Position numbers and translations under genes: made by a program
Source: Octopus sinensis
Lineage: Eukaryota
Assembly: GCF_006345805.1 (NCBI RefSeq)
Contig: NW_021836789.1
Coordinates: 1 to 22,347 of the forward strand
Direction of reading: 5' to 3'
DNA length: 22,347 nt
The notes under the pieces: model-generated
What the model was told of the DNA's origin: nothing
Database searches by the model: none
What the model saw: only the letters and a program-made list of their open reading frames with translations
Shown: positions 21,053-22,347 of the stretch, one piece after another
How positions within the stretch are numbered: the first letter of the stretch is position 1
Layout: every line of letters starts with the position of its first letter

Positions 21053-22347
21053 GTCATTAAAGAAACTGACAGGGGAGCCATTGTAACAATAGACAAGACC
21101 CATTACGAGGAAATGGTCTGGGAACAACTAAATGACTAGCATTTCTATGAAAAGTTAGAAACCAATTCCAATAAAACAATGAGGAAAATTGGTAAATTAA
21201 AGGAGAAATTTAAAAAAAAAGCAATTTAATGGAAAACGTGTTGGATTACTTCCTGAATTTTGAGGTGAAAACAGATAACGTTTATAGAGAACTGAAAATT
21301 CATAAATCTAATGAAATCTATAACAGCTTAAAGGGCCTCCATTCACCATGTGTAAAGATTTAAGATTCTCAAGACGTATGATTAAAATTACAGCCAATTG
21401 TTGCTAGACAATTATGTAAATTTATTCCTGGTTTCATTAAAGGTGACATGGGCGCTCTAAAGCATGCTCCAAGAAGAGGAAATATGGAGACAAATATGGA
21501 GACCAAAGGTTAGTTTCGATGTGACCAGCCTCTACACAAATAAGGACTAGGGTTAGAAGCAGTAGAATTCAGAAGACCTTTCCGAAAGAATTTATTCTAA
21601 AATTAGAAAATACGGACGGAACGGAAGCACTCCGTCGGTTACGACGATGAGGGTTCCGGTTGATTCGAATCAACGGAACAGCCTGCTCGTGAAATTAACG
21701 TGTACGTGACTGAGCACTCCACAGACACGTGCACCCTTAACGTAGTTCTCGGGGATATTCAGCGTGACACAGAGAGTGACAAGGCCGGCCCTTTGAAATA
21801 CAGGTACAACAGAAACAGGAAGTAAGAGTGAGAGAAAGTCGTGGTAAAAGAGTACAGCAGGGATCACCACCATCCCCTGCCGGAGCCTCGTGGAGCTTTT
21901 AGGTGTTTTTGCTCAATAAACACTCACAACGCCTGGTCTGGGAATCGAAACCGCGATCCTATGACCGCGAGTCCGCTGCCCTAACCACTGGGCCATTGCG
22001 CCTCCACATTAGAAAATAACTACTTCTTTGATAAACAATATCAAATTTACATGAACGGTATGACAATTGGCACTAAAATTTCGATTAATTTCGGTGTGAC
22101 CAGCCTCTACACAAATAACGACTGGGGTTCAAGCAGTAGAATTCTGAATGGACAAATACCTCCAAAAGTTCAGAAGAACCTTCCGAAAGAATTTATTCTG
22201 AGATTAGAAAATGACTACTTCTTTGATAAACAATATCAAATTTACATGAACGGTACTGCAATTGGCACGAAAGCTTTACCCACGTTTGTAACGCTAGTAA
22301 TAAGATAACTTAGAGAAGCATCTACGGCCGTTCCGGGATCAACACTT
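21053..22347 (+). pseudogene. Decayed Penelope-like element reverse transcriptase, with an internal duplication and a SINE insertion; runs off the window
   Basis: Broken + strand frames: VIKETDRGAIVTIDKTHYEEMVWEQLND*HFYEKL (cf. IKxADKG...Y...L.D...Y.KL); YRELKIHKS (cf. YGLPKIHK); KLQPIVA (cf. RPIV); VSFDVTSLYTN (RT motif); LENDYFFDKQYQIYMNGTAIGTKALPTFVTLVI (cf. LENNYF.F...Y.Q..GTAMG...APT.ANL.M). Confidence 0.88.
21613..22007 (-). mobile_element. Full-length tRNA-derived SINE, family B (395 bp; OR1-like as recalled)
   Basis: A-box TGGCCCAGTGG, B-box-like GGTTTCGATTCCC and a (TTCCG)n tail. Perfect 11-bp TSD ATTAGAAAATA at 21602-21612 and 22008-22018. Confidence 0.93.

Noticed and set aside
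21930-22007. tRNA-like sequence with A/B boxes and a TCG anticodon-like triplet (also 20050-20130 and 10825-10902)
   Set aside because: SINE heads: they continue into the SINE body, two copies have TSDs, and I could not fold a proper cloverleaf.

Overview
AT-rich, microsatellite-saturated animal non-coding DNA with no recognisable host gene. The SINE families and repeat landscape point to an octopus/cephalopod genome (inference from recalled repeat families). Nearly all long ORFs in the track are simple-repeat artefacts. The recognisable content is: several tRNA-derived SINE copies from at least three related families; a 427-bp MITE with 29-bp TIRs and an 8-bp TSD; and decayed non-LTR retrotransposon fragments of four kinds (a CR1/L2-like 3' end, a HERO-like RLE C-terminus, an L1/Tx1-like APE region, and a Penelope-like RT with an internal duplication). 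There is also a ~775-bp near-tandem duplication. The most interesting signal is a structurally complete type I hammerhead ribozyme at 16780-16897 (+), with an intact CUGAUGA/GAAA/GUC core and a palindromic stem III. Two degenerate minimal hammerheads lie in Penelope-like terminal repeats on the minus strand. All family assignments come from by-eye motif recognition; no database search or folding program was run.
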